DNA of 58,838 nt, from the IMG/VR virus record IMGVR_UViG_3300036855_000026, positions 1 to 58,838 of that record. The stretch is one strand, 5' to 3'. Shown piece by piece: positions 16,831-27,465 of this stretch. This stretch comes from a virus (Duplodnaviria > Caudoviricetes). The notes beneath the pieces are model-generated. The model did no database searches, was not told where the DNA came from, and saw nothing but the letters and a program-made list of their open reading frames with translations. A program made the position numbers and the translations under genes. Each line of letters begins with the position of its first letter. The stretch's first letter is position 1.

Positions 16831-17769
16831 GTGGCCGGTGTTACCTGGGATAGTATTTTTCCTGGAAATGCGTCACTCACTCGCAAGGCCCTTTACGGTT
16901 CCTGTCTCGTTCAGGACTACGTGGCCACCAATGCGTACGCCACCTATTCGCCGTTCGACTCGACTACCGGCCTCCTGTCGTCCACCCTGCTGACCACGGA
17001 TGGCTGGCAGGACATTGGATACCTGGACGAGTCTGGTGTCGAGTTTACGCCGACGTATTCGACCGCTGACACCATGAGTTGGCAGACCCGGCAGGCTCTG
17101 CGCACCGACGTCACCGCCGACACTGAGCAGGCGAAAATCGTCGCGTTGCAGTCCTCGCCGCTGACCGACATGCTTTACAATTCGCTTCCGCTGTCTTCGG
17201 CGGGATTCCTCGGGGCCGCCGGTTATGCGCTGGTGAAACCGAAAGTGCCGCAGACTGTTTACCGGTCGCTGCTATTCCTGGGTGTTGACGGCAGCGCGGG
17301 TAACTACCAATTCGTGGCGACGCTGTACCCACGCGCTTTGATGATCAAACCCGACAAGCAGGACTGGGTTGCGAAAACCGAAATCCAGGTGCCGTTGACG
17401 TTTGAGGCATACCCGGATTCGACAGCGGGATACACCATCAAACGCTTCCGCGACGGCCCCGGGTGGCGTGCGCTCGGCGTCCCCGGTGCGGCGACCGCGC
17501 TCACCATCGGTACCAAGACGTCCACCACGCTTCCGCTCACCTGGACCGCCCCCGCCGGTATCGCGGCCACCAGCTACACCGTGTCCGTTGTGGTCACCTC
17601 AACCGGGCTCCCCGTCGGTGGCGCCACGTTCACGCCCACCAACCCCAACGCGACCACGGCCGCCACGGTCGGCGCGCTCACCACTGCCACCCAATACACG
17701 ATCTCCGTGGTAGCGAACAACAGCGTCGGCAGCGGTCCCGCCGCGACGGTCACCGCCACCACCAGCTGA
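16831..17769 (+). CDS. Major tail protein with C-terminal fibronectin type III domain
   Basis: WQDIGYLDESGV; C-terminal LTWTAP...SYTV...YTISVVANNSVGSGP. Confidence 0.9.
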   Translation: MAGVTWDSIFPGNASLTRKALYGSCLVQDYVATNAYATYSPFDSTTGLLSSTLLTTDGWQDIGYLDESGVEFTPTYSTADTMSWQTRQALRTDVTADTEQAKIVALQSSPLTDMLYNSLPLSSAGFLGAAGYALVKPKVPQTVYRSLLFLGVDGSAGNYQFVATLYPRALMIKPDKQDWVAKTEIQVPLTFEAYPDSTAGYTIKRFRDGPGWRALGVPGAATALTIGTKTSTTLPLTWTAPAGIAATSYTVSVVVTSTGLPVGGATFTPTNPNATTAATVGALTTATQYTISVVANNSVGSGPAATVTATTS

Positions 17770-17784
17770 GCGTCACCCCTGATC

Positions 17785-17828
17785 GCGTGCCGTGGGACGG
17801 GTCGGACGGTGCTCGTCCCCCGGCACGC
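17785..17828 (+). terminator. Stem-loop after major tail gene
   Basis: GCGTGCCG...CGGCACGC outer arms with inner GGGACG/CGTCCC pairing. Confidence 0.55.
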
Positions 17829-17872
17829 ACCCTTGTTCACCGTCCACAACCGTCTGCAAAGGAATCGATCAC

Positions 17873-18190
17873 GTGTCGTCACCGAACAAGCGCCGTCTCA
17901 AGCTGCAAGAAATGCGGGAACAGGCAACGGAAGCGCTCGGCATGGAGCCGGGCATGGACCTTGAATTGGACGACGGGTCCGTTGTGACCATTCCGAACCC
18001 GCTGTTTGTCAGCGAAGAAACCCAGGTCCAAATCGAGGCCGCGACTGGCGCCGTGTCATCCGCGAAAGCTGTCCTCGGGGACGAGGAACACGCGCGGCTC
18101 ATTGCGGGCGGTGGCACTTCCAACGACGTCATGATGGCGTGGCGGTTGCTCGCGGAAGACATGGCGAGCACCCCAAAATTGCCGAGGTAG
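17873..18190 (+). CDS. Tail assembly chaperone (G)
   Basis: Between major tail and tape measure genes; ends TPKLPR with a slippery site. Confidence 0.88.
   Translation: MSSPNKRRLKLQEMREQATEALGMEPGMDLELDDGSVVTIPNPLFVSEETQVQIEAATGAVSSAKAVLGDEEHARLIAGGGTSNDVMMAWRLLAEDMASTPKLPR
18172..18178 (+). other. Programmed -1 frameshift heptamer C CCA AAA
   Basis: X XXY YYZ in the G frame; the -1 frame is open to 18621. Confidence 0.85.
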
Positions 18191-18621
18191 CAACGCTGCT
18201 CCGACACTTCGCGGACGAGGTCGAAGCTGATCTGGCGCGCTTCTACGGCCTCGACGTCGGCGACTACTGGCGGGGCACCTTGTCCGCGCGGCGATTGTGG
18301 GTGCTGGTCAGCCAGCTACCCGACGACGCGGCCACCGTCAAAGCGCAGCGCGGGACACCGTGGCCTGACTTGCTTTACCTGGTGGCGCGCCTGGCGGACG
18401 AGGTGGCCTACGGCCGCGCCGAGTGGGCCAATGCGCACGGTGCGCACGTCCAGCCGCAACCGGTGCCCCGGCCCGGGGACGCGGACACTGTCCGCGACGA
18501 ACGCGAACAAGTACGCGGCGTGCATGACGCGCTCACTGGGATGATGCGCGGCGATGTCGTGCTAGCTCTCCCGTCCGGCGACGCGGAACCCCTGCCACCC
18601 AGCGAAGAAGTCATCCGGTGA
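18178..18621 (+). CDS. Tail assembly chaperone T segment (GT fusion)
   Basis: EVEADLARFYGLD...LSARRLWVLVSQLP; reached by -1 shift. Confidence 0.85.
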   Translation: MAEVATLLRHFADEVEADLARFYGLDVGDYWRGTLSARRLWVLVSQLPDDAATVKAQRGTPWPDLLYLVARLADEVAYGRAEWANAHGAHVQPQPVPRPGDADTVRDEREQVRGVHDALTGMMRGDVVLALPSGDAEPLPPSEEVIR

Positions 18622-18633
18622 GGGGGCTGCGCG

Positions 18634-21600
18634 GTGGGTGCTGCTGGAAGTCTTGCCCTGTCCGTCTATCCGGTCGCAACAGACTGGGTCGGGTCCCTCA
18701 CCGCGCAAACCGTCGGGCCCTCCGCTGGTGTCGGCGCGAAAGCGGGCAAGTCCTTTTCGGATGCGTTCGCGGCGTCGTCAACCAAGGGCGGCGCCGCCGC
18801 GTCCACCGCGATCGCCACCGAGGCGCAGACGGCCGCCGACGCGGTTGCGAAAGCGTCGCAAGGTGTCGTCGCCGCGCGGGCCCGTGAGGAAACCGCCGCT
18901 GGGCGGGTCAAGGTTGCTGAGCAGCAACTCGCCGAAGCACGCACGAAGTTCGGTGCGGGAGCGTCCCAAGTCACTGCGGCGGAAGAGAAGTTGGCCGCCG
19001 CGACCCGCAACGTCCAGATTGCGTCGGGGAACTCGGAGCTCGCGAGTACGAAACTCACGCGCGCCCGGCAAGCCGAAGCCGACGCGTCCAAGGTCACCGT
19101 CACCGCGACCGAGTCTGAATCGGCGGCGCTGGGCAAGTGGAAGACGATCGCGTCCGACAGCAATTCCACCATCGGCGGCCTGATCTCCCAGTATGGGGCG
19201 CTGGGCGCCATGGTCGGTGTTGCCGTGGTCGTCGGTATCGGTGTGAAAGCGGTGCAAGCCGCGTCGAACTTTCAGACCAGCCAAGAGCGCCTGGTCACCA
19301 CGGCCGGTGAAACACAGTCGGCGCTGGCCGGTGTCAGCTCAGGCATTCTCGCTATGGCTGGACAGGTCGGCTATACCGCGCAGCAGATCTCCACCGGAAT
19401 GTACACAGTGGAGAGTGCCGGGTTTCACGGGGCCGACGCGTTGACCGTGATGAAAGCGGCGGCGCAAGGGGCCAAAGAGGAAAACGCCGACCTGGGCACC
19501 GTGACGAACGCCGTCACGTCGGTGATCCAAGACTACGGTCTGAAAGCGACCGACGCGGCCATGGTCACATCCAAGCTGGTGACCGCCGTCAGTCTCGGCA
19601 AGACGACTTTTCAAGATCTCACCGGCTCATTGTCTGCGGTGCTCCCGAAAGCGGCGGCGCTCGGGCTGAGCCTGCCCGAAGTGACCGGCGACCTCGCCTC
19701 GATGACGTTGCACGGCATGTCCGCGCAGCAAGCCGCCGACAACCTCGCCGACGCGATCGGACACTTGTCCAACCCGACATTGGGCATGACAAAGGAAATG
19801 GCCTCGCTGGGCCTCACCTCGTCGGAGCTGTCGCAGAAGCTCGGCAAGACCGGCGTGCAAGGCACCATGACCGAGATCGCGACCGCGATCCTGCAACACA
19901 TGGGGCCCGCCGGAACCACACTGTTGAACGCGTTCAATCAGTCCACAGTGGCCGCAACGGACGCCAACACCGAATACAAGGCGCTGCCCCCCGCGTTGCA
20001 GACCATGGCGGACGGATACACCAAGGGCACCACGAGCGTGCTGGCCTGGCGCACCCAGCTTCGGGCGATGCCTGCCGACCAGCAAAACTTGATCACCCAG
20101 TGGCGCGCCGCGCAGGACTCGGCGAACGGATTCAATGCCGCGCTGAAAGGTGGCGGCAATGCCGCCCAAACCTTTTCGCAGGCGCTGCAAAAGGCCACCG
20201 GCGACTCCGCGTCCATGAATGTCGCGTTGATGCTGACCGGCACGAACGGGCCCAACGCGGCGGCGAGCATCCGCAAAGTGGCGAGCGCCAGCACCGAAGC
20301 GGGCGGCAACGTCAAAGGCTGGGCGGACATTCAGCAGACGCTCAACCAGAAGATCGCCGAAATCAAGGACGGCATCGGCGCGTGGGTCACTCAACTGGGC
20401 ACGAAACTTGTTCCCGTCGTGACCGCTGTCGCGAACGGTCTCGCTGGCCTGATTGGGTTCCTGGTCCAAAACCGCGTCTGGGTAGGACTGTTGGCGGCCA
20501 TGGTAGGCGGCCTCGTCGTCGGCCTGGTCGCGTTCAAGATAGCGTCGCTCGCCTCGGCGGCGGCAACGTGGCTCGTGACCACCGCGCAGAAAGCGGCAAC
20601 GCTCGCGTCGATATTCATGACCGATGGTTTCGCCGGACTGAATGCCGTCATGGACGCGAACGTCTTTGTCATTATTGCGTTGGCCATTATCGCATTGGTC
20701 GCCGGGGTGATCTATGCCTACACGCACTTTCAGACCTTCCGGAATATCGTCAACGACATCGCCAACTTTTTCAAGGTCGTCTTTCTCGCCGTGTTTCACG
20801 CGGTCGGCGACGTGATCGATTGGCTTGTGGGCCACTGGAAAATCTTTGCGGCGATCCTCGCGGTCGCGTTCCTGCCGGTCACTGTCGGGGTGGGACTGCT
20901 GGTCCTGTTGATCACCCACCTGCGTCAAGTCGGCGCAGTGTTCGCGGCCGTTGGCGACGCGATAGCTATCGGTGCCAAGGCAATCGGATCCGCGTTCGTG
21001 TGGTTGTGGAACGTGATCTTGCACCCGATCTTTAACGTGATCATGGACATCGTGGTGATCGTCGCCAAGATTCTGATCGCCATTTTCGTGGTGCCCATCG
21101 TCATCGCCGTGCAAGAGCTGGGCAAAGTGTTCGTGTGGCTGTACAACGTCGCCATCAAGCCAGCGTTCGACGCGATCTCGTTTGCTGCCCGGGTCTTCTC
21201 GGCGGCACTTCAAGGCGCGTTCATGATGATCGGCGACGCTGTGTCCTTTGTGTACGATCACACGCTGCTCGTGATCTGGCATGCGATGCAAACCGACTGG
21301 CTGCTTCTCGAAGACGCACTGTCCTACTTGTACAACACGGTGATCAAGCCGATCTGGACGCTGGTCGGCGCGATCTTCAGTTTCGTGTACCAGAACGTCA
21401 TTCGGCCGATCTGGGTAGGCTTGAAGCTCGACTGGATGATCTTGCAAGCGGCGCTGCAATACCTGTACGACAACGTAATCCGGCCCATCTGGCAGGCGAT
21501 CGGCAGCGTGATCGAGACGGTTTATCACTCGGCCATGGAACCGATCTGGGCAGCGTTCAAGCTCGCACTTGCCGGGCTGAAAGACGCATTTAGCGGCGCG

Positions 21601-22833
21601 GTGTCCGGCATCCAGACTGCGTGGAACGTGCTCGAAAAGGTCTTCGGCACACCGATTGAATTCGTCATCCGGACCGTGCTCAACAACGGTCTGATCAAAG
21701 GCATCAACGACCTGTTGAAAGTCGTGGGGATCTCGGGTATTCCGAACGTTCCGGACCCGAACCTGCCCACGTTCGCGACCGGTGGTTACGTGCCCGGCAC
21801 CGGTACCGGGGACACCGTCCACGCGCTACTGACACCCGGCGAAGGTGTGTTGACCGCGAACGCGACGCGCACACTCGGCGGGGCCGCTGGCATCCAGGCG
21901 CTCAACGCCGCATTGGGTGGTAGTGGCGGCGGGCCGACCATGCTGGGTGGCATGCCCGCGTTCGGGCTCGGCGGGCTCGTGTCCGACATCATCAGCGGCA
22001 TTGGCCACGCTGCCTCGTCAGCGTGGAACGCAGTGTCCAATGTGGTCTTGGGTGGCCTGCGCGCCGGGGCGTCCGCGTTCTTTGACGACGTGGTAAAGCC
22101 GCTCGTGAACCTGATCCCGAACGCGCCGGACGGTACCCCCGGGCTGGCGAAACAAACCGTCATGGGGTTCGTGTCCACACTGGAAAACGACCTGTTGACC
22201 TTTTTCGGTGCGAAAGACGCCAGCGCCCCCAAGGGCGGCGGTCCCATCGGCGGGTCTATTCCGTCTGGGTCGCGGCTCGCGATCCTGACGCAAGCACTCG
22301 CCGCCGACGGCGTACCGGCGCCCGCGTGGCCCATGTGGGAGGCAGGACTCAACACCCTGATCACCCGCGAAAGCGGCTGGAACCCCAACGCGGTCAACAA
22401 CACTGACAGCAACGCGAAAGCGGGCCACCCGTCGACCGGCCTCATGCAGACGATCATCGGAACCTTTGAGGCGAACCGGAATCCGGCGTTTCCCGACTCG
22501 ATGACCAACCCGGTAGCGAACGTGGCGGCGGGCGTCAACTACATCATCAAACGCTACGGCTCGATATCCAATGTGCAGCAGGCCAACGCGGCCATGCCAC
22601 CCAAAGGCTATGACGCGGGCGGCATGCTCCCCCCGGGTGTCAGCATGGTCGCGAACATGACCGGACGCCCGGAACCCGTGTTCTCGCCGTCCCAGTGGGA
22701 CACGATGCGCAGCGCCGCCGGTCAGGGCAGCGCGCCGAATACACACAACTATTTCATCACCTCAACCGACCCGGTATCGGTCGCCTACGAACTGGAACGC
22801 CGGGAAGCGGCACACATGCGGGCCAAGCTGTGA
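18634..22833 (+). CDS. Tape measure protein with C-terminal lytic transglycosylase (SLT) domain
   Basis: 1399 aa, Ala-rich, Trp-spaced repeats; RESGWNPNAVN...GLMQTI...NVAAGVNYIIKRYG. Confidence 0.96.
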   Translation: MGAAGSLALSVYPVATDWVGSLTAQTVGPSAGVGAKAGKSFSDAFAASSTKGGAAASTAIATEAQTAADAVAKASQGVVAARAREETAAGRVKVAEQQLAEARTKFGAGASQVTAAEEKLAAATRNVQIASGNSELASTKLTRARQAEADASKVTVTATESESAALGKWKTIASDSNSTIGGLISQYGALGAMVGVAVVVGIGVKAVQAASNFQTSQERLVTTAGETQSALAGVSSGILAMAGQVGYTAQQISTGMYTVESAGFHGADALTVMKAAAQGAKEENADLGTVTNAVTSVIQDYGLKATDAAMVTSKLVTAVSLGKTTFQDLTGSLSAVLPKAAALGLSLPEVTGDLASMTLHGMSAQQAADNLADAIGHLSNPTLGMTKEMASLGLTSSELSQKLGKTGVQGTMTEIATAILQHMGPAGTTLLNAFNQSTVAATDANTEYKALPPALQTMADGYTKGTTSVLAWRTQLRAMPADQQNLITQWRAAQDSANGFNAALKGGGNAAQTFSQALQKATGDSASMNVALMLTGTNGPNAAASIRKVASASTEAGGNVKGWADIQQTLNQKIAEIKDGIGAWVTQLGTKLVPVVTAVANGLAGLIGFLVQNRVWVGLLAAMVGGLVVGLVAFKIASLASAAATWLVTTAQKAATLASIFMTDGFAGLNAVMDANVFVIIALAIIALVAGVIYAYTHFQTFRNIVNDIANFFKVVFLAVFHAVGDVIDWLVGHWKIFAAILAVAFLPVTVGVGLLVLLITHLRQVGAVFAAVGDAIAIGAKAIGSAFVWLWNVILHPIFNVIMDIVVIVAKILIAIFVVPIVIAVQELGKVFVWLYNVAIKPAFDAISFAARVFSAALQGAFMMIGDAVSFVYDHTLLVIWHAMQTDWLLLEDALSYLYNTVIKPIWTLVGAIFSFVYQNVIRPIWVGLKLDWMILQAALQYLYDNVIRPIWQAIGSVIETVYHSAMEPIWAAFKLALAGLKDAFSGAVSGIQTAWNVLEKVFGTPIEFVIRTVLNNGLIKGINDLLKVVGISGIPNVPDPNLPTFATGGYVPGTGTGDTVHALLTPGEGVLTANATRTLGGAAGIQALNAALGGSGGGPTMLGGMPAFGLGGLVSDIISGIGHAASSAWNAVSNVVLGGLRAGASAFFDDVVKPLVNLIPNAPDGTPGLAKQTVMGFVSTLENDLLTFFGAKDASAPKGGGPIGGSIPSGSRLAILTQALAADGVPAPAWPMWEAGLNTLITRESGWNPNAVNNTDSNAKAGHPSTGLMQTIIGTFEANRNPAFPDSMTNPVANVAAGVNYIIKRYGSISNVQQANAAMPPKGYDAGGMLPPGVSMVANMTGRPEPVFSPSQWDTMRSAAGQGSAPNTHNYFITSTDPVSVAYELERREAAHMRAKL

Positions 22834-22845
22834 CCGGGGGGCGGC

Positions 22846-23712
22846 ATGCAATATGACCCGGTTACATACGGGTGCCAGTTCACGATCGGCGGCATCACCA
22901 TCAACGGGTCGACGGACAGCACCGGATGCGACTGGGTGCTCACCAGTGAAACCGGCTGGTTCGCGTCGCCCGCGATCAAAACCGCCCGCGTCGACAAGCC
23001 CGCCGCACGCGGCACCTTTCGTGGCAACGAATTCCGTGGCGCCCGTGTGATCGTTCTGCAATGCACGGTGTCCGCGCCGACGGTCGCCGCGTTGCGGGCC
23101 GCCGAGTACCGCGCGCTGGGTATCTGTCCCAACCCGCACCTGCAATACCCGTTGACCGTGGTCGACGAAACCGGGCTCAGCCTGTACGCGAACGTGGTGC
23201 TGGACGGCGAAATCCTGATCACCCCGATTTCCTGGTCCTCGGCGACCGTCTCAATCCAGCTTGTCGCGCCCGACCCGCGCAAGTTCTCATCGAACCCCAC
23301 CGTCGTGTCCGTGCTGCTCGCTTCGGCCGGTACGGGCGGCATCGCGTATCCGGTGGCCTATCCGGTCTCCTACGGCACTCCCGGGCTCCCCGGGGCGGTG
23401 GTACTCACCAACACCGGCAGCGCCGACTCAGACCCCACGGTGACCCTGACAGGGCCCCTCACCAACCCGAGCCTGATCCGCGCCGACACGGGCGACACAG
23501 TCACCTATCTCGGGACTCTCCTCGCCACCGACACACTCGTGATCGACTTCGGTGCGGGTAGCGCCATGCTCAACGGCATCAACCGGCGCTCGCTGCTGTC
23601 CGCAGGCTGGTTCACGATCCCGGGCTATTCGTCGATCACGATGCTGTTTCGTACCACCAATATCGCCGACACGGGCTCGATGTCCGTGAGCTACGGCAAT
23701 ACCAGCTACTGA
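22846..23712 (+). CDS. Distal tail protein (Dit-like)
   Basis: GWFASP, LVAPDPRKF, YPVAYPVSYG, NTGSAD...GPLTNP. Confidence 0.85.
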   Translation: MQYDPVTYGCQFTIGGITINGSTDSTGCDWVLTSETGWFASPAIKTARVDKPAARGTFRGNEFRGARVIVLQCTVSAPTVAALRAAEYRALGICPNPHLQYPLTVVDETGLSLYANVVLDGEILITPISWSSATVSIQLVAPDPRKFSSNPTVVSVLLASAGTGGIAYPVAYPVSYGTPGLPGAVVLTNTGSADSDPTVTLTGPLTNPSLIRADTGDTVTYLGTLLATDTLVIDFGAGSAMLNGINRRSLLSAGWFTIPGYSSITMLFRTTNIADTGSMSVSYGNTSY

Positions 23713-23727
23713 CACGGAGGCTCTGCG

Positions 23728-24852
23728 ATGGCTTGGGCTGGGACTCCCGTGCAAGCGGCGGGTGCGGTGCCGTTGATGAACGCGGCGGGCACTAGCCCGG
23801 TGAACACGGCCGCGAACTATCGGCAGGCGTTCATCGGGGCACTCGTTGCCCCCGCCCCGGGCGGCCCGATGATATGGCGTTCCGGCGTCATTCCAACGTC
23901 GCTGACCTCCGGTGCCACCATCAACGTCGACCTGTCGGTCAACCAGACCACGACGGCGAGCAGCTCGGTCACCGTCACCCCCGGCAACTGTGTCATCAGC
24001 CGCAGCGGCGCATCCGGCGGCCCCTATGCGATCAGCTTCCCTACCGTGTCCACCTTGGTCAGTGACCCGGCAGCATCCACCAACCCGCGTATCGATGTGG
24101 TCGCGATCCAACTCACCGACGCGGCAATCGGCGACAGCGGCACCCAGGGCGGTCAGCTGATCATCGTCAACGGGGTGGCGGGCGCCATTCCCGCTGTTCC
24201 CGCCGTACCGACCGGCGCCATCGCGATCGCCCAGCTTTACCGGGCCACCAACACAAACCCGGTCGCCACCGCGAACATTACTGACGTGCGGCGCTCTACC
24301 TGTAGCTATGGCGGCATGCGGGCGCTGCTCCCCGGCGACCTCGCCGCCGACGCCGGTTCCTACATCGGGGAGTGGAGTTTCGACGCGGTCACCAGCTTGA
24401 AACGCGGACCGTGCTACTGGGACGGTACGGCCTGGCGCGGCATGCTCACCACGCTGATCTCCTCGACGCTGGTAATCGCCACATCGGCGGCACTGACCTA
24501 CAACAGCGGTACGCCCTACGTCGTGTGCAGTGCCACCGTCGCAGACCCCGGATTCCCGTACCTGCTCAATCTGAGCGGCAAATGTGGCGGGTCGAACATG
24601 ACCGCGCCCTCACAGGCTCTGACGTATCTCACCCTCGACAGCACGGCCGCGACGTCACCACTGTCGATCGCCTGGTCCACGTTCGCGGCAAACACCGTGT
24701 GGGAGTCCAACAATTCGACCACGCACACCGGGAAACTCACGGGCGCGCACACCGCCTACCTGTTGGTGGGAATGAACGCCTCCGGCAACACGGCCAACAT
24801 GTCGGCGAGCGCCAACGACATGCTGCTCAACGTCCAGCTGATTCCCTGGTAG
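23728..24852 (+). CDS. Minor tail protein
   Basis: NPRIDVV...PAVPTGAIAIAQ...NITDVR. Confidence 0.8.
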   Translation: MAWAGTPVQAAGAVPLMNAAGTSPVNTAANYRQAFIGALVAPAPGGPMIWRSGVIPTSLTSGATINVDLSVNQTTTASSSVTVTPGNCVISRSGASGGPYAISFPTVSTLVSDPAASTNPRIDVVAIQLTDAAIGDSGTQGGQLIIVNGVAGAIPAVPAVPTGAIAIAQLYRATNTNPVATANITDVRRSTCSYGGMRALLPGDLAADAGSYIGEWSFDAVTSLKRGPCYWDGTAWRGMLTTLISSTLVIATSAALTYNSGTPYVVCSATVADPGFPYLLNLSGKCGGSNMTAPSQALTYLTLDSTAATSPLSIAWSTFAANTVWESNNSTTHTGKLTGAHTAYLLVGMNASGNTANMSASANDMLLNVQLIPW

Positions 24853-24862
24853 GGCGGCGCGC

Positions 24863-26020
24863 ATGCCACTGCAAGACTGGACGGTGTACGCGTTCGAGAC
24901 CACCACTGGCCGGATCGCGGCAGAAATTCCGTTCATCAACGTGTCCCAGTTCGAGTATGGCCTGAACAATCTGGGTAGCGGCACCGTCACGGTTCCGCTC
25001 GGCGGCAACGGCATGTCCACAGCAGACATTGACGAACTGACTCAACCGTGGCGGTGGTCGTGGGCGGTCTGCTATCGACAGTTCATTTGCCAGGCAGGCC
25101 CGGTGATCAGTGAACAAATGACGGACACCCAGCCGTATACGCAAGTCACGTTCGCGGGAATCTGGAAACTGTTCAGCAAGCGAATCTTGTTTCCGTCGAC
25201 ATTCACGAGCGGCACCAATCCAGCCGTGACTGCCGCCGACACCCAATATACTGGGCTCACCTATTTGCAGATGGCCAGCAACATCGTGGGTACGTCGATG
25301 GCGCGCGGTGCCCTGCCGATCATCCTGCCGCCCACTGATCCGCCTGGTACCAGCACGATCCAATACTACGGCTACGAGATGGATCTTGTCGCGGACATGC
25401 TGTCGAATCTGACAGGACTCGTCGGTGGCCCGGAAATAGAATTCCGTCCGCAATTCAACCCGAGCCAACCGAACTACATTCAATGGGTCATGCGGGTCGG
25501 GTCACCGCGACTCGGTCAGATCGGTTCATCCTGGGCGTTCGACTACGGCCCGCGCGGCTCCATTCAACAAATGGACTTTACCCGCGACGGCAGCCAGATG
25601 ACCTTCAGCGACTACCTGCGCGGGTCCGGCAGCGAATACGATTTGGTGGTCGGCAACGGTCAAGACCTCGGACTAGTGGCCGCCGGTTATCCGCTGCTCG
25701 AAGACGTCAACGGCGACCACACCACCGTGGTTGACCCGGACACCGCGAACTCCTACGCACAACAATGGTGCGACACATACCAATACCCGGTGAACACCCC
25801 CGGGGCGCTGGTCCGGGTCGATGCGCTCGACCTGTCGGGAGCGGTCAGCGGTAGCCCCACCCTCGACCAAATCGCGGTTGGCGACACGGCCGCGTTCACG
25901 ATCCAATCGCACCGCCGGATACCGGACGGGACATACACCTACCGGATTGTGCAAATCGACAACGGTTCGTCATACGACAACGTCAAGCTCACGTTGCAGC
26001 CGGTGACGGGGATGGGGTGA
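24863..26020 (+). CDS. Minor tail/baseplate hub protein
   Basis: TTGRIAAEIP, LNNLGSG, GGPEIEFRP, GYPLLE. Confidence 0.8.
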   Translation: MPLQDWTVYAFETTTGRIAAEIPFINVSQFEYGLNNLGSGTVTVPLGGNGMSTADIDELTQPWRWSWAVCYRQFICQAGPVISEQMTDTQPYTQVTFAGIWKLFSKRILFPSTFTSGTNPAVTAADTQYTGLTYLQMASNIVGTSMARGALPIILPPTDPPGTSTIQYYGYEMDLVADMLSNLTGLVGGPEIEFRPQFNPSQPNYIQWVMRVGSPRLGQIGSSWAFDYGPRGSIQQMDFTRDGSQMTFSDYLRGSGSEYDLVVGNGQDLGLVAAGYPLLEDVNGDHTTVVDPDTANSYAQQWCDTYQYPVNTPGALVRVDALDLSGAVSGSPTLDQIAVGDTAAFTIQSHRRIPDGTYTYRIVQIDNGSSYDNVKLTLQPVTGMG

Positions 26021-26880
26021 CCGTGACCGCTCCCGGATTCGTGCCGCGCCCCGACCGCACCATTGTGGACCGTATCGCGAAGATCGAGGCGCGTTTGCGG
26101 TCGATGCAACAGAACACGGCCGGTGCCACCACGGCCAGTGGCGGCGCGGCACTGTCCAACCTGGCCGCGATCCCGGTAGGCCCGCTCGGGTCGGCGGGCG
26201 CGGCACTCACCGCATCGCGCAGCGACCACGTGCACACGTCGGCACTCGCCGCACAGCAAGACGTCACTGTGTCCGCGCCGGTCGCGGGAAACGTGCTGGC
26301 CTACAGCGGGACCGCGTGGGCGAACACGCCCGCCACGCTCGCGGCTGGCTCCGACGTGACGATCACGACGCCCGTCACGGGGCAAGCGCTGGTCTACAAC
26401 GGGTCGAAGTGGGCGAACACCACGCCTGCCGTCGGCACCCTGAACGGGCAAGTCCTGCTCGGCGCCGGGCTCGCCGGGACGCTCGGCACCGCCATCTACA
26501 CGACCAGTGGCACCGTCGAGATGAACATGCCGAAGCTGGCATTGGCGAGCGTTCCCGTCGTGAGTGGACGCGCCTATGTGTTTCACCTGTACATCTATGG
26601 AAACCCGTCCGTGACGGCCACCGACTATTGGTTTCTGGTGCGGACCGCGACCGCGTTGACCGGAACGAACATCCTGCGCTGGAACGCATACGCGATGGGT
26701 GTTGCCGGATTCGACGAGATGGCCGGATATCTCGCGCCCTGGATTGCCACGTCCACCGGCAACGTGAACTTCTACCTGAGCGCCGTCCAAAAAGCCGGAA
26801 GCGGCGCCTTGAACATCTGCGCAGGTAGCGCGTTCTGGGTTGCCGACGGTGGCGCCGCAACCCAATGGAGCTACACGTAA
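26017..26880 (+). CDS. Tail fibre-like protein
   Basis: N-terminal coiled coil, ASRSDHVH, two ~30-aa DVT...G..L.Y.G..WANT repeats. Confidence 0.8.
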   Translation: MTVTAPGFVPRPDRTIVDRIAKIEARLRSMQQNTAGATTASGGAALSNLAAIPVGPLGSAGAALTASRSDHVHTSALAAQQDVTVSAPVAGNVLAYSGTAWANTPATLAAGSDVTITTPVTGQALVYNGSKWANTTPAVGTLNGQVLLGAGLAGTLGTAIYTTSGTVEMNMPKLALASVPVVSGRAYVFHLYIYGNPSVTATDYWFLVRTATALTGTNILRWNAYAMGVAGFDEMAGYLAPWIATSTGNVNFYLSAVQKAGSGALNICAGSAFWVADGGAATQWSYT

Positions 26881-26901
26881 GCAACGAAAGGGTTCCGTCC
26901 C

Positions 26902-27225
26902 ATGGCCGCTGCGCCCTACAGCTACTCGCCCCCGCCCTTCGTGGTCGCTCTGCAATGGACTGGCGCGAACATCAGCGATTTCACAGACGCCGGATACACC
27001 AGCGGCTATCTCGCGCTTGCCGACGACGGAACCACGCTCATCGTCGGTGTCACCCTGCCCGGAATCGGTCAGCCCCAATATGTTCCGCTGCAACTGGACC
27101 ATTGGATCGTGTCGTTGCCGATGAACGCGGCGATCCCCGATCCGCTTCCGCAGCTCGCGACCCTCAATGTGGGCGTGGTGGACCCGGACACGTTCGCCGC
27201 CACCTACGCGGCGGTGACGCCGTGA
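26902..27225 (+). CDS. Hypothetical protein
   Basis: RBS AAAGGG; VVALQWTGAN motif. Confidence 0.7.
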   Translation: MAAAPYSYSPPPFVVALQWTGANISDFTDAGYTSGYLALADDGTTLIVGVTLPGIGQPQYVPLQLDHWIVSLPMNAAIPDPLPQLATLNVGVVDPDTFAATYAAVTP

Positions 27226-27431
27226 CGCGAGCGCTGGTCCTGGTGGCGATGGCGGCCATCCTCGGATCGGCGACCGCCGCGTTCGTCGCGGTCGTCACGA
27301 CCATGGTTGTCGGCCGCCGGGTCGCCGACGCTGACGACGAATCGGGTCTCAACATCATGGTCGAGGACGAGATATCACCGTCCACACGGCACGACTCGCA
27401 CGGCTTTTTCGCATCCGAAAAGGACCAGTAA
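27222..27431 (+). CDS. Small single-TM protein
   Basis: Hydrophobic N-terminus, acidic tail; GTGA coupling. Confidence 0.55.
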   Translation: MTRALVLVAMAAILGSATAAFVAVVTTMVVGRRVADADDESGLNIMVEDEISPSTRHDSHGFFASEKDQ

Positions 27432-27465
27432 AAGCAGCGCGAGCCCAGACGGAGGTGATTCCGCG

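Noticed and set aside
19627-21822. 731-aa minus-strand ORF
   Set aside because: Antisense shadow of the tape measure gene, typical of high-GC codon bias.
23728-23745. MAW start of the minor tail protein (and of 37799) as further donor strands
   Set aside because: They lack the MAWxxTG pattern and their upstream genes do not end in the YQLS knob; likely coincidence.
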